DNA of 64,000 bases from Lingula anatina (taxonomy: Eukaryota > Animalia > Brachiopoda): NCBI GenBank assembly GCA_051362555.1, contig CM120641.1:39004401-39068400 (forward strand). The letters are read 5' to 3'. Below the pieces are notes generated by a model that was not told where the DNA came from, did no database searches, and saw nothing but the letters and a program-made list of their open reading frames with translations. Position numbers and translations under genes: made by a program. Positions 62,801-64,000 of this stretch are shown piece by piece. Each line of letters begins with the position of its first letter. Position 1 is the first letter of the stretch.

Positions 62801-64000
62801 TGTAATGATGTTTGTAAAGATTAGAAAAATAAATGCCTTTATGTACACAACATTGACTTCTGATGACAAGAATACATACAGAACATGGAAATAATGGCAC
62901 AAAACCATGATGAAAATGCGAAAATATCTGAATGTTTTCCCAAGAGATCGGAAAATTAATCATGCATATGTCCATTTCTTATACATATATATTGGATGGA
63001 CAGTACAAAAAATGACATGCCACAGGAATATAAGTGACAGATGATAATGAAACAAGCAACATGCTGCATTTATAACAAAATGTTCAACAAAATTGTCTAG
63101 GATGTCTGCAGTATGGTGTGTACATCTGCCTGCTGCCCCCATGTTCATTGCATAAAACATTGGCCAAGCTAGAATGCTGACATGCTACTAAGTAAGTTAA
63201 CCAGGCCTCAGCTGTGTTCCTATGTGCTCAGACTACTATGCAAGTGTATCCAGTACAGCAACTCAACTACAACTGAGACATAAAGACATAGTCAGCTGGT
63301 GCTTTTCCTATCCCTCCCAACCAACAGCCTGCTCATTAACATGAACAGCCTCAGCTTAGAGGTGGAAAGAAAACTTTTTTTCTGCAAACTGATTTATAAG
63401 TAATGGAATATCACCACATTGCCAACAGCTAGCAAAACAGCAGCTATCTTCATGCAACAAATTGTTCGCTCCAATATGTATTGTAGCTAGGCATTTAGAG
63501 ACGGTACAGACTACAGTGCACACAGAGCAATTCTGAAATCAATCTGCAGCAGCCTCTTGAGGTTCCCTGGGACTTGTTCCTATTGCAAAAATCCAGTTAA
63601 TTTCTTCCAAATGGCTGCCTTAACAATCCCCACCATACAATTAAGGCACATAAAGGACTCAGTCAAAATATGACTATTCAAATTTTGTAAGTGTGCAACT
63701 GTGTCTCTGGGGATCCACCATACTCCATGACACTCAAGAATTCCATTGAAACAAGAATTAGACCAAATAACAAGTAATATGAACAACAGACAGTCAACAT
63801 ATATGAGCAACTTAATAATAATAATAATAATAAAATGACAAGCAGAGATGACAGTCATGTATATAAATGTGTATACGTGTGTGTATATGTATGTGTATAT
63901 TTATGTATATATATTAGACTATATACCATGGTCATAGCATTTAACATTAACAATACATCAGATCTTGTATGTATACAATAATCAAGATCTTGTGCTTACA

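Noticed and set aside
61030-63858. ORFs of 89-113 aa near the right end
   Set aside because: No recognisable motifs or phase-consistent splice chain, several rely on non-ATG starts, and the lengths are compatible with chance.
1-64000. CRISPR arrays, operons, tRNA/rRNA, SECIS elements
   Set aside because: The DNA is spliced and eukaryotic. No repeat-spacer array, cloverleaf, rRNA-like block or in-frame TGA needing recoding was seen by eye; a covariance-model scan would be needed to exclude small ncRNAs.

Overview
AT-rich, intron-containing animal genomic DNA, probably an invertebrate such as a mollusc or other lophotrochozoan (inferred from repeat types and mosaic CpG depletion). It is not prokaryotic, so most entries in the ORF track are spurious or are single exons. 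Hand-splicing at GT-AG sites with phase checks gives six protein-coding genes: PITRM1 (minus, 25 exons visible, 3' end beyond position 1); a 3-exon collagen+C1q secreted-protein gene nested antisense in PITRM1 intron 18; ASB8 (plus, head-to-head with PITRM1); a GCNT/core-2 beta-1,6-GlcNAc transferase (minus); MSH4 (plus, with two 13-nt microexons, first coding exon unresolved); and an unrecognised gene of about 242 aa with 6 coding exons just downstream of MSH4. Non-coding DNA holds many non-autonomous DNA transposons, including a 614-bp element with perfect 77-bp TIRs and an 8-bp TSD, Harbinger-type MITEs, Helentron/HINE-like elements and a ~220-bp repeat that twice forms inverted pairs (once as a 410-bp palindrome). 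No rRNA, tRNA, CRISPR array or transposase ORF was recognised, and 52-64 kb has no supportable CDS. Gene names rest on remembered similarity to human orthologues, not on a database search.
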